In this document: positions 41,297 to 54,168 of the stretch, piece after piece
How the letters are laid out: every line of letters starts with the position of its first letter
How positions within the stretch are numbered: the first letter of the stretch is position 1
NCBI GenBank assembly: GCA_036630325.1
Contig: CP142727.1
Span: 1 to 64,000 of the forward strand
From: Vairimorpha necatrix
Taxonomy: Eukaryota
Length of the DNA: 64,000 nt
Direction: 5' to 3'
The notes under the pieces: generated by a model
Databases searched by the model: none
Told to the model about the DNA's origin: nothing
Seen by the model: only the letters and a program-made list of their open reading frames with translations
Program-made: the position numbers and the translations under genes

Positions 41297-44200
41297 TGTT
41301 ATATTCAGAATAATATTAAACCCCAATTATGTTAAGCACTTATATGGGGGCGATACCTAAAGAAGAGTTCACAAGAGAGGACTGTGGCCAAGTGGTCAGA
41401 AAGATGTTACAGGAGTTAGAGCGTATATTGTATGAATTGGATTTGAGAGATGTAGATAGAGTGAAATGGAAGAGTGAGCTGTTCAAGTTGGCTTCGATGG
41501 ATTTAAAAGATTTTATTGTGAGAAATATCAAAAAGGAAGAAAATATTGAAGGAATAAGGAAGAAGCTATTGTTAAGGATTAAGGAAGTAGAGGAAAAAGA
41601 AAAGATATATGAGGAAATGGGAAAAATTATTTCTAGGACTATAAATGAAGAAATTAGTAGAGAACAACCAAGACAAAAATCGAGAGTACCGAGATGCTTC
41701 TATTGTGATAGACAAGGGCATAGGGTGTTTGAATGCAGACTGAAGATTAATAGAGATAATTATTATAAAAAGAATAACAAGGATAACAGTTGCAAAATGG
41801 AAGTAGGTAGTGAATCAGAGTCAAGTCAGGAGCGAGATTTTAGAAGATCAAAAAGAGGACTTAGAGTCAAATTTGAGAAAAATCAAAAAGAATATGCCGT
41901 TAAAGAGGAGAGTAAGAGAATCAGATTAAATTTAGATAAGTATGCTAAGAGTTTTGGAGAGGTTTTTAAGTTAGGAAAAGAGGAGATAAAATATTGTAAA
42001 CTGGAAAAATGTAAAATTAATACTGAAGCGGGTATGAAGGTATTTAAAAAGGGACAAATGGTTCCGCAGGCGTTGATAAAAGATACAGAGCTACATCTAA
42101 AAGATTTATTAAAAAGGAAAGTGATAAGAGAGTCAAATTCAAGTTGGAGGAATCCTATAAGGTCAATCAGAAAGCCAAATGGTGAGATAAGACTGGTTAG
42201 TAATTTGATGGCATTGAACGATATTGTAGAAAAGGACGAGTATAGATTGTCTAACATAAGAGATGTTGTAAGAGCTACACAAGGTGCAAAATATATGACG
42301 GGTTTCGACTTAAAAGAGGCCTTCTATAGTATTGAGATAGAGGAGGAGGATAAACATAAGACGGCGTTTGATTTTAATGGCAAGGTTTATGAATGGAACT
42401 CTATGGTTATGGGATATAAGAATAGCCCGCAGATATTGCAGAGAATTATGGATAGGATTTTTAGAGATATGAAAGGCAAAGGAGTAGAGGTGTATATGGA
42501 CGATATTGTGTTGTACAGCCGAACGATAGGAGAACACGAGCAATTAGTGAAAAGGGTATTAAATAGACTGAAGGAAAACAATTTGAAGCTGAATGCAAAT
42601 AAAGTTCAGTTTTGTCAACGGGAAGTTAAATTATTGGGAGTCACTTTAAATGGAGAAGATATAATACCGTCAGAGATAAAGAAAAATGAAGCCCTAGAGT
42701 TTCCGATACCAACATGCGTGTCAGATGTAAGAAGATTTTTAGGAATGACGGGTTGGTTCAGAGATTTTATTAAGAATTACGCTGGATTGACAGTTAGGTT
42801 GACAGATAGTTTAAAAGGGAAGAATGATAATTGGAAGTGGACGGATGATATGAAAAACGAGTTTAATAATTTAAAAGAAGTATTTAAAGGCCTAGGAAAG
42901 CTGCAAATAGCAGACTATGATAAAGAATTTTTGTTGAGGACTGACGCTAGTAATGTAGGCATGGGCGCAGTACTGTTACAGAAAAATAATCAAGGAGAAT
43001 GGGTGCCGGTACAGTGGGCGTCTAAGAAGTTTACCGTTACGGAAGTTAATTATGGTATATCAGAAAAAGAAATGTACGCAGTTTTTTGGGGCGTTAAAAA
43101 GTTTGAATATGAATTAAGAGGTAAGAAATTTAGAATAGAAACTGATCATAAAACGTTGGGCGAAATAAGAAACAAGCCCGACTTTAAGAATGCTAGAATT
43201 AATAGATGGGCCGAGAAGATTCAGGAATTTGATTTCGTGATAGAATATAGAACTCCAGAAAATATGGTCGTAGCCGATGCGCTAAGTAGGATATATACAA
43301 AAGAAAAAGATGCAAAGAAAAAGAGAAATGAAACACGCCGTGATAGACAAAAAGAAGGGAAAAGAAATAAGCATGTAAAAATTGTAGAAGGCAAAGAATA
43401 CTGGGTATTTGATAGTGGTAGAGAAGGCGAGATGCCTTTGGAACAAGACAGAGAGAGATTAATAATGGATTGTCATTTAAATTTGAGCCACAGAAGCAGA
43501 ACAACGGTATATTATGAGTTGAGGAAACAGTATTATTGGCCAGGAATTAAGGATCAGATCGAAAAGGTCCTTAAGAATTGCGAGACTTGTCAGATTTTTA
43601 ATAAAAAAACGAGTGGCGGTACTGATTTAGTGAACACGACAAGATATTTAGAGAAGGTTGGCTTAGATTTAATAGAATTTAGGGAAGAGAAAGCGTTTAT
43701 TGTTTGAGCAGTTAATTACTTTACAAGGAGATTATGGGAGAGTATTGAAGAGCAAGCACGCATTTGGAATTGCCGAATTTATTAAGGATTTGTGTAAACA
43801 AGGCAGAAAACCAGAGGAAATTATTACGGATAATGGTAAAGAGTTTTGCAACGAAAAAGTTACCGAGCTATGTAGAAATTTGGATATTAGCTATAGAAAG
43901 GTCAGCGTTGAGTCGCACAGAAGTAATGGAAGAGTAGAAAAAGTTATTAGAACTGCAAGAGATAGTATTTTAAAGAGCCAAAAAGAAAAATTCGAGAACA
44001 AGGTTTATGAAGCTATTGAGAAATATAATTTAAGTTGTCATGCTGGTATTAAGTGCACGCCAGTAGAAGCTTTAACCGATTATACAGGAAATGTTAGTAT
44101 GGAGAATAGTCCAGAGGGAAAGTATGCGCAACAGTTTAAAAGTTGGTTTAGAGAAAAGTTCAAAAGGAGCCAGATAGTTAGGGTTGCCAAGAATGAGAAT

Positions 44201-44436
44201 TTAAAGGGATGTAGTAAGTATAGTAAGGGTCGATTTTTAGACATGGGAAGAGTGATTGAGCTATGTTTAGGGGATTCATATATAGTGAGATTAGAGAATG
44301 GAAGGTTGGTGAAAAAAAGGCATTATGATCTTAAGGGTGTAGGGGATTTAAAGTATGTTGAAGGAGACTAACCGTCTGGAGGGGGGATGTTATAATCAGT
44401 AATAATATTAAACCCCAATTATGTTAAGCACTTATA
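41297..44436 (+). mobile_element. Near-complete compact Ty3/gypsy LTR retrotransposon (3140 bp) with 48/49-bp LTRs
   Basis: LTRs at 41297-41344 and 44388-44436 differ by one substitution and one indel. Exact TSD TACAA at 41292-41296 and 44437-44441. PBS-like TGGGGGCG at 41345; PPT GGAGGGGGGA ending 44387. Domain order Gag-RT-RH-IN. Confidence 0.96.
41329..44371 (+). pseudogene. Gag-Pol polyprotein, disrupted in the integrase
   Basis: CFYCDRQGHRVFEC knuckle, RT (FDLKEAFY, YMDD), RNase H (TDAS, EKEMYA, TDHK, ADALSR), integrase HHCC and TDNGKEF. In-frame TGA at 43705-43707 (AFIV*AVNYFTRRLW), then a frameshift near 43738 into ORF 43700-44371. Confidence 0.93.
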
Positions 44437-45364
44437 TACAATACAAAAACAAATATTTGATTTTGCAAAATAACATTTTTTAGTTTGTACAGGTGTATTG
44501 TTAAACCGATTGAAAATTCGAACTAAAGCTTATTTAAACTTCATCTTGTATAATTAATTCATTTATTCTATAAATAGATCTCTATAACACAATATATACA
44601 CCCTTTTGTTTTAAAAGTCTTATGTAGTCTTAAAAATAATGGTTTGTCGGTTTTAAAGCTTACCTAAATACCATAAAACGAAACTTTATATAAATTTTGT
44701 TCTTTTATTACTCTGTCAAGAATCCTGAAATAAAGAGTGATGTATTTTTTTTCTATTCAATTGATTTGAAATCTTAAGCCCTACTTAGCATGTTTATATT
44801 AATATAACCCATGTTAAAAAATCTTATATTTACTTATAACGTGTCAAATATGAAATAAAAATTATGAATAATCTAAAGTTTTAATCTTACAGAATACTAT
44901 TTGCTTTTTTCATATATATGGCCAATATTTGAAATTTATTATTAAATAATTTTTATTTATTTAGTGGGCCTCGTAAAGCTCGATCATATTCTTTTAACTA
45001 ATTTAATGAGTTCCGTTTAATAAACAAATTATATGAAGAACGATTAGACATATTATAATTAAGAGTCTAACAAAAAAAGAACTCTCACTGAATAAAGACA
45101 TAATTTAATAACAAGGATTTTAGATTTATGTTATTGATATTATGCATTTATGACTAGAAAGACAACGATTATTATAAACAAAACATAATCCTAATCAATT
45201 TAGCTTATTTTCAAATAATATTATGATCAAAAATGTAAAGTTGTTTAAAGTTAGACCAGTCAAAAATTTACAACTTATGCCTGTTTGATGTTTTTGTATT
45301 CTTCCTTATATTTAATTAACCTTTTTGTTGCTTACTTAAAAAATCGAAGTTTTTTGATTATTAA

Positions 45365-46114
45365 TGTTGAGAATATAGATTTAATAAATTTAACCCTTAA
45401 CTTACAATTGTCTTTAACATGGTGGAGAATAAAATTATTGAACCCAAACAAAAACAAAAGAAGAGGTCGTAAGTTCCGTCGAAGCATGAGACGTAAAAAA
45501 AAATGCAGTCTAGGTTAGAATGGGGATGGTTGGTTGTCTAACAGAAGAGAAGGTGATGGCTTGCATCAGTCGAGGGACCCGGATAGGTGAAGACGTAAAG
45601 TAGCTATAAAGAGCTATGGAGAAACAGTATTGGTTTTTTTTTGATTCGGCATAAGAGTTGTCGAGATTGAGTGCAGTGGTAATCCCACTATTCACATTAA
45701 AGCTATCGTGGCAAGATAGTTGAACCAATAGTGTTCAAAATCCAGAGAGATTTAAAAAGATAAGAAAATCAAAAAGAAACTGTGTTATAGTCGAAGAATG
45801 AGATAGACGGAAAAAATTCGATTCCATTGTTGGGAAGACATGTGTAAAGAATAATCACATGCCCATAGACTACATGTATTAAAACAGGGAAAGAAAGTAC
45901 CTCGAAGACCAATACTAGAAAGGATTGTAAGACGCGGTAGAGTAAGGCGCAGCCCATGGTCAGTTAACATAAAAATGCACTTTTATTTTGAGAGCCCAGT
46001 AGTAGGCGTAGGAAGTAGTAAAGATAATTTCATCGCTAATTCTGAATTTAGCGCGGGGATGTTGAGAATATAGATTTAATAAATTTAACCCTTAACTTAC
46101 AATTGTCTTTAACA
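45365..46114 (+). mobile_element. 750-bp non-autonomous LTR element (TRIM-like) with identical 55-bp LTRs
   Basis: TGTTGAG...TTTAACA at 45365-45419 and 46060-46114. Exact TSD ATTAA at 45360-45364 and 46115-46119. PBS-like TGGTGGAGAAT at 45420; GCGGGGA tract before the 3' LTR; no long ORF. Confidence 0.93.
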
Positions 46115-46337
46115 ATTAAAGTAGAAATTATGTCACATATACACAGAATATCAAGTTTTATATTGTAAATAGCTGAATTCATGTTGGTTCAACCACCAGA
46201 AAATTATGATTGAATATATTTAATACATTTTTTTATTCGTTTTTGTGATTATAGATCTTTAATTTAATTTTTATGTGTTAAAAAAAATCAAAAATTGCTT
46301 TTTAATTCTCCGTTAAATTTTTTATTAAAAAAAATTA

Positions 46338-46350
46338 TTTTTTTTTACCC
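46338..46350 (+). promoter_or_regulatory. Microsporidian-type poly-T plus CCC motif before the ATG (example)
   Basis: The same CCC/GGG context precedes ATGs at 20792, 25192, 30639, 53518, 56744, 59502, 60181 and 60860. Confidence 0.75.
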
Positions 46351-47007
46351 ATGTACTTTTTATTAATTAGCTTCTATAGATGCTCTGTTATAAATGAAAC
46401 GCAAGATAATCTGATTATGAAGCAAAGTTTTGATTTTACTAGTAAAAATGGTGATGTTTATGCAAGTAAATTAATTCAATCTCTTAAAGCGATTCATTTA
46501 TGGAATAATAGCTTTAAATTACCTAATTCAAAAAATGAAAATGTTCTCAAATATAAAAAATTTGAATATAAAAAAGTATCGAAAAAAGCCAAAAAACTAA
46601 ATAATGGCATCAAAGATTTAAATGACTTATTAGATAAAAATTTCATAGAATTAAATACACAAGTACAGGTAATTTGTAACAAATTGTTTAAACATTTTGT
46701 TAAAACATTTAATTATAACAAAATTAGACATTTAGAAATATATGAAGAAGCTATGACATTGATCTCTCTGCATAAAATAAAAATTGAAAAAATCTATTCT
46801 ATATGTGAAAATATGGAATTTGATTCAAACTTAGCAGTGTTTGAAAATAATAATATCGCAGATAATTGGAAACATTTCGTGAAACAAGTAATAAACTACA
46901 ATATATTACAAAATTTTAAAGTAGTTATAAATGGCTTAGAACATATTAAAAATAAAATTAACAGAAATTATAAAGAACAGTTAAATGTGTTGGAGCATCG
47001 AAATTGA
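46351..47007 (+). CDS. Hypothetical, probably secreted protein (218 aa), paralog of 53518-54168
   Basis: Poly-T-ACCC-ATG context; short hydrophobic N-terminus MYFLLISFYRCS; shares LISLHKIKIEKIY, MEFDSNL and GLEHIKN with the paralog. Confidence 0.9.
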   Translation: MYFLLISFYRCSVINETQDNLIMKQSFDFTSKNGDVYASKLIQSLKAIHLWNNSFKLPNSKNENVLKYKKFEYKKVSKKAKKLNNGIKDLNDLLDKNFIELNTQVQVICNKLFKHFVKTFNYNKIRHLEIYEEAMTLISLHKIKIEKIYSICENMEFDSNLAVFENNNIADNWKHFVKQVINYNILQNFKVVINGLEHIKNKINRNYKEQLNVLEHRN

Positions 47008-50000
47008 ATAAAAAATTCAGTTAAAACATATTCTTAAATTATTTACTCTTAACAAATTATTAGTAATCCGAGGTTGAGATTACAAATCTTTTTTAAATAC
47101 TGCATATACAATTTACATAATAATATAAGTTTTAAAAAAAAATTATATAGTTGCATAATTTTTTAGAAGTTTTCATTAAAAAATTAGCCAAAAATTTTCT
47201 TGTACATTTAACATGCAACAAAATCGATTTTTTTATCATTTATAAAGTTAATTTAAATAAAAGTAATTGTTTAACAATAGTTTAAATATCGTTGTTGTGC
47301 AAATGTGTTTTCGTATAAATTATAAATACTTTTACAGGGAAAAAAATACATCGACAATGTTCAGTGAATTATTTACTCATCACTAATATTTACATTCAAA
47401 CAAGTTTCTAAAAACGTTTGCTTCATTTGAATTGAATTGAAACTTAAACAAAAAATATATTGTCAACAATTTATTATAACTTTCTAATTAGACAATATAT
47501 ATCATCCAAGATCGTGTTTGGGCTTGTACTAGATAGAGAATATATATCATGATTTTTTTATATTTAAACTATTTGAAATTCTTTTGTTTTTCAAATAGTA
47601 CTTCTTGCAAAAAAAAATTTTCATTCAATTTTATTATTACTCATCTGATGCATAACAAATGCGCAGAATTCACTTGTTAAAAAGCGTTATACATTGTAAG
47701 AATACAATAATAACCACTGTAAGAGATCAGATGGTTAGTTATAGATGCACAAGAGTCTCGTATAAACTAATGAACAATACATAGGCCAAAAAGGTTGTAA
47801 TTATGATAATATTCAACCAAATTTTGTTTCTGGCTTTTAATTTAGCCTTATATTTTTATATGTCGTAAACAATTTTGAACAATTACAAAAAAACATTCCG
47901 GCTAATTATTTTATGTATTTTGTGATTTTAGATCAAAATATGTTGCTACTTAATATTCAATAGACGCAGATGCGAACTCTGGCAAATTAATTCAATAATT
48001 GACGTCGTTTATTTATTTTACTATATAATAGTCAATATTCAATTAATATACCTTTTATCTTAATGCTAAAATGTCTTTTAAGAAGACGTAGGTAATGTCT
48101 ACTATTTTGCAGTCGTATTGTAAATTTGTATTTTACAAATTAAAATTCAAAAACTTTAAAACATGTAGAAAAATTTATATATAGTATAGATTTAAAGGTT
48201 AAAATATAAAGGTCTCATAATTTAAACTGTTTTAAACATATAGCAATATTTCAGGATCATAATGCTAAGTAAAGAATTATGATTGTATGAATTTTTATTA
48301 TACATAATTTTATATGTCGAGATATTAAAGAATTCATTTCCAAATTATTATAAGTTACATTTTGGTTTGTACAAATTCATGTATATTTCTTAGGAAAAAG
48401 TGTCAATTAGTAAAAGTAGGATATTCATATGTATTTTATTTAATACAAATAAAACAATTACAACAAGCCACGTTTATTATAATATCAAACAGAACGGTAT
48501 ATTTAAAAAATAACAATCGTAACTCTTTTCAACTTGTTTGATGGTTATATATAATAATGTGATTGCTGTTATGATTTTAAAAATATAGAGGCTATAACAT
48601 TGTAGAAATTTTCATCAATTTTTTACTATTTTAAACGTAATTTATTAGCTTATTCTAAATAAAATTTTGCTTATGTCTGTATCTGTATAATGATTTGTAG
48701 CAGTCAAAGTGTCCAAAACATACTTAATGTCTATATACATATATATATATGGTTATTTCTACCACATATTTATTTTATTAGTCATTTTAAACTATGAAAG
48801 ATTAGTTTTAAAATATTTTTTTTGCAAATTATATGGAACATATTGTATAACTGCCTTATCAATATCAAATAAAAATTTTTATTTTTGCCCTGTTTTTCCA
48901 AAGTCGAAGATGATAGTGTAAAGGAGTCAAAAAAAATCTAAGTATTAACAAATAGCATAATTGGAAAATAAATAATTAATATATTGATTTGTGATAAGAC
49001 AACAGGGATGATCTGAAGTAGACTATAGGGAAAATCAAATAACTATACAATTTTGATGTATACCCTTAATGATTTAAGTGTTGAAAAGTAAAGAGAAAAT
49101 ATTTGGAATAGACCCATGACGGCCTATTTTAAAAAATGTTAAATGCCAATAAAAAACTAACTGTTCAAATGCCTATGTTTGTATTAATAGTTAGCCGACA
49201 CTCATATCAGTCTTCACGTTAATTACAGAGGAATCGCTTACATTGCGGGATTCTGATTGTTGGCGTTTGTTAATCCCGCATCATAAATCTTAATTTTTTT
49301 GATATTTTCTTTTTCCACAAATTTAATCAACTCCTATTCTATTTATACATCGCAATGTGTTTTGGGATTATGTCTTTATAAATCATTATATAAGCAAATT
49401 ACATTAAAAATTGCGATATTTTTTCTGAAAAAAAAATTTAAAAAATATTAATATTTTGCTTTGGGCGGAGTTTGGATATCTCATAAAATTTATGTTTTAT
49501 TAGACTTAGAATGCCTAAAGCATAAATGTTAAATTTTGATTCTCTGTTTGCCTACTAAATTCAATTTAGTACTAAAGAGATCAAATTAATGTATACCAAG
49601 GAATAATAGGTAAATAAACAACAAAAAATTTTGAAACAAATTTTTAAATAACTTAATATATTGTAAAAACCAAAAAACTAGAATATAAAATGATATTTAT
49701 ACAAACTTAGGCTTATTTTTATATATATTTTATAAAAATACGTTATAAAAAGAATTTAATATTGTATTTCCATATTATGATCAAATTAGATCTTAGAAAG
49801 ACCATTTTGATGGCGTAGATGTTTGTATTGTTTTTAATCGGACAGTGCTTAAAACAAAAAAAGATTCTGTAATTATATTGGTAGCGAGACTTAAGCGAAT
49901 TGAGCCTTTAAATATAATCCATTATGCACTTTTATGAATAATATTTACCGAAAAAAACATGCAGTTTTTCTTTTTTCCATAGCTCTTTATTATCGTATAA

Positions 50001-53000
50001 TCCCATTTAACCTATCTAATTTATATGTATCGTTGTATAGGAACTTTAATTTTTCATATAAATAAATAGTTTTACACCAACTTAGTCGAAAAAAATGATT
50101 AATCTTTTAAATATAAAAAATAATTAAACCTAATTATAAAAATTTTTGGAAGTATTTTAATTAAAAAAATATCATAGTTTATCTTTTAACTCACACATGG
50201 TCATAGTTTCATCAAAATTATATATAATACATTGTAAATATTGAATATATGTGATTTATGCATACTTCAAAATCATAAATCAAATCATGCTAAAATACAA
50301 TATATAAAGATCAAAATATAATAGTGTTTTTTTAAAAAATTTTAAATATCATACTAACATATAATTCCTTTTATTACTAAAATTGTACATATACCGATGT
50401 ATGATTTTAAAGAGATTTTTTTATTTACTTTTCATATTTTTGTAAAACTAATCATCTGCTTCATCATCAAGAGTTTATCTTGATAATTAATATCTAAAAA
50501 GGTGCATGATTATATGGTATGTCTTCATCGTATATATTACGCTTTATTTTGTATATTTAATATGTAGTTGTAGCATGAGTAATATTTCCTTCAAAAATAA
50601 ATACAGCTGCAAATTGTCAAAGAATAAAAATTGATTTTTAGTGCGTTAATATTAGTATTTGGTAAACAATTTGGGTTTCAATTTTAAATTAATTTATCTT
50701 ATATAAAATATCCAATATTTTTTTTTCTCAATTATAATCATATGATTTCCAACAACTTTGGGGTAAAAATATGTTTATATTTTACTTTATTTTTATTTAT
50801 TTTTAATATTGTTTTATTTATGTTCAGCATTAAAATTATATTTTTTTAAACGATAAAAATATAAATGAGATGTACTTTTCTTTTATAAATTTTTTTCCAT
50901 CAAGGCATATATTTATGTTTATTTTATTTTCATTATAACTTACATTAAATTTTTTATATCTTTTGTATCTTTCTTGGAGTCTTTATTGAGAATGCGCTTA
51001 TATTACTGTCTTTAAACAAGGTTAAAAAAATTTTGTTTATATAAGTTTTTAAACCCAAAAAAAAAATTTAATTTTACAGATTTAACATTCAAGATATATT
51101 TATTTGAATATTAAAAATTCAAAAGTACCAGTTTAAAAATAATTAAAATGCAGTTTCTAATACATCGGCTATTATATATTGAGACGTAGAATTCACAAAA
51201 ATACTTGTGTACTGATTAAACTTAATATAGAGACATTATATGAGTGCTAATGGCCTTAAATAAAATAAACGCAAAAAGCTCATATGCTTTATTATAAAAC
51301 ATCTCGAATTCGCCGCAATACGCTTCCAATGATTTTTCCAGTGATATAGAATTTATATAAAAATGATGGAACTATCATCAGACCAACCACATTTTGGTAT
51401 AAAGCAATTTATATATAATTTTTAATTTTGATAATCCTTTTATATCTTCGATTTTTCATTTAGACATCTCCTAAATTTTTTTGTGTTGCCCCAAAGTATA
51501 AATTTTGAAAACTATAATTCTAGTATTTATGCTGTTGCCAGGGGTTCCGGGTTATAGAATCTACTCATAGAAAAGACCATATATCTCTTCTATGGTTGGA
51601 TTTTTTTATTATAAAATATTTGAAATTTTTTTAAATTTTTTGGAACTTTGCCCCCATGAAAAAAAATCTTACGCGCTAAAAGAAAAAAAGAAGGATTACA
51701 TAAATTGCGTGAAAACCATGACAACATAAGTATGACTTCTTTCGAGTTGCAGATTACTGGGAAATTAAGAGGCATTATATCAAAGGGTTTTTTTAATATT
51801 AAATTTTATACCATTTGGCTATGGGATGAACCTTATCTATAGGTAGATCTCTTCTACTTTATAAAAATTTTCTTTTAAAAGTCTCTAAATTTGACTTTGA
51901 GGTAGATCTTATAACCCGTTCAACCAGTACTTTTTTATGTTTTTAATTATTTGATACATCTCTGTTATGCATTTTTTTAGATGTAAATTAAATTTTGTTT
52001 CATACGATTTAAATCTTACAGAAGTTTTTTTTTTCAAATTTATACAATAAATTAGTATATTTTGGCCGAAATAGATGTTTTGGATTGGTGCGGATGTATT
52101 AAATTCTACGATCTAAAATCTGAACACGTATTTATAAAATTTATAATTGTGAGTTGAATTGATTTATCTAACACACTTAATAACTTTTTTGTACTTTATA
52201 GTTTTTTATCGTTATAACATATTACTTTCGTCGGTTTTGAGTACAAAAATTTCGAAAAAAAGTTTATATATAAATTAGTACTCATATTATTCAAGAAAGA
52301 CATAAAATTATAGGTTAGTATTTCTATCTATATAATTAAATTTATCTTTTTTTTTAAACATGCCTTGACAACTACGCACCCAAGACTTGTCGGGCTAAAA
52401 AATAGTTAATGATGACAGGCACATTGAAAGATCAAGAAGGGTGTTGACTTATGACAGATAAACGTCACAAATACATGAATATAAAGTACACAACGACACT
52501 GATTTATAAGAGCTTGTCGAAATTTAAATGTCTCAAATAAGTCATCAAAAGTGTATAAAAATACACAAAACGTATGTAACTAAGAGATTTTAAACTGGAA
52601 GACACAAAGAATGCCCATTTTATGACTTACAGTAAATAGTTATATTGCGGAGCAGGCTGGGGCCGGTCTTCTTCTCTATAAGATATTCGAGTTTTTGTTT
52701 TATATGTATTTTATGTACAACATAATACATTTCCTTTCTTATAAATACGACTTTTAAACAAAGTCAAATTTAAAAATCATTTTTACCTCTATAAAATACT
52801 ATTGCTTTTATTTTTCAAATTTATTTGCATGTTTGTAATTTGAATTATGTGCTTTGCAGTGTCCTTATAGGAGAACTCAGAGAATTCGATTGTACCATAA
52901 AACTGATAAAATGCCTTAAATAGAATTGAAAAATATCAAGAAGTTACAATTGAATTTTGATCACTTAAATGATTAAATATAATCTTTGAGAAAAATGATT

Positions 53001-53517
53001 TTTTTTTGATTAAAATTAAAAATTTGTTTTAATATCATTTATTATATCACAATATTTCTAAAACCGATTGCACCGAACAACTAAAAACAATTATAATTGA
53101 AATCAATTTAACTAATTTTACAGTTATATTACATTAAAATTGTAAAAATAAAGAAATTTTTTACTTACAACTTTCATTATTCAATAAACAAATAGTATAT
53201 TGATCTGTTCACGTCAAAATTTTGTGAATTTCTGCTAAAGATTGACGTGTCTTTTAATTATTAGAATAATGTTTTTATTCTTTAAAAAATCAAGATTCTG
53301 GCTACTTAAAAAAGATATACATATGTTGTAAAAAGCCAAAATATTTAACATATTGTAAAGATGATATATCTTAATTAAAATGCCAAAGAACTTAATAAAT
53401 AATTCTAAAATGTTACTTTTTAAAGTTCATAATTTAGTTTTTAAGCTCTTTTATTAAAAAACTACTTTTATAGAATTTTTGTTAAGCATTTAAAAAAAAA
53501 AATATTTTGATTTACCC

Positions 53518-54168
53518 ATGTACTTTTTATTAATTAGCTGCTTAAGATGTTCAGAACTAGAAAATATGCAAAGCAAAACAATTATCCAGAATAACTATGA
53601 CCTTACAAGAGGAGAAGATGCAAATATCAAAAATAATTTAATTCTTTCTTTTCATGCTATAACCATATGGAATAATAGTCTTGAGATTTTTAATACAGCT
53701 AAAAAAGATATCCTAAGGTTCAAAAATTTTGAATTCAAAAGATGGTCGAAAAAATCTAAGATCTTAGACATTAACGTCAGAGAATTAAATGCTTTATTAG
53801 ATGAAGATTTTATAAAGGATAATTCTAAAGTTGCAGCTATTAGCGTTAAATTATATAAACATTTTGATAAATCGATTCATCTTTATGATGTTAAGCATTT
53901 GAAAATGTATGAAAAAGCAATTAAACTGATTTCTTTACATAAAATAAAAATTGAAAAAATTTATAACATATGTAAAGATATGGAATTTGATTCGAATTTA
54001 AAGGTTTATAAAAACATTGATACTGCAAAAAATTGGAAAAATTTTGTGGAACAAGTCAAGAGATACAAAATATTACAAGATTTTGAAGTAGTTTTATATG
54101 GATTAGAACATATAAAAAATACAATCAACAAAAATGTTAAAGAATGTGCCGATGTGCTGGAGCATTAA
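53518..54168 (+). CDS. Hypothetical, probably secreted protein (216 aa), paralog of 46351-47007
   Basis: TTTACCC-ATG context; MYFLLISCLRCS N-terminus; colinear similarity to the 218-aa ORF. Confidence 0.9.
   Translation: MYFLLISCLRCSELENMQSKTIIQNNYDLTRGEDANIKNNLILSFHAITIWNNSLEIFNTAKKDILRFKNFEFKRWSKKSKILDINVRELNALLDEDFIKDNSKVAAISVKLYKHFDKSIHLYDVKHLKMYEKAIKLISLHKIKIEKIYNICKDMEFDSNLKVYKNIDTAKNWKNFVEQVKRYKILQDFEVVLYGLEHIKNTINKNVKECADVLEH

Noticed and set aside
41340-43504. Minus-strand ORFs over the gypsy polyprotein, and similar shadow ORFs at 19964, 20412, 22931, 23183, 29702, 46494, 57179
   Set aside because: Antisense shadows of real coding sequence, with no motifs or start context.
43700-43745. 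Programmed readthrough or frameshift to express integrase
   Set aside because: Both a stop and a separate frameshift lie inside the catalytic core region; mutational decay is simpler.
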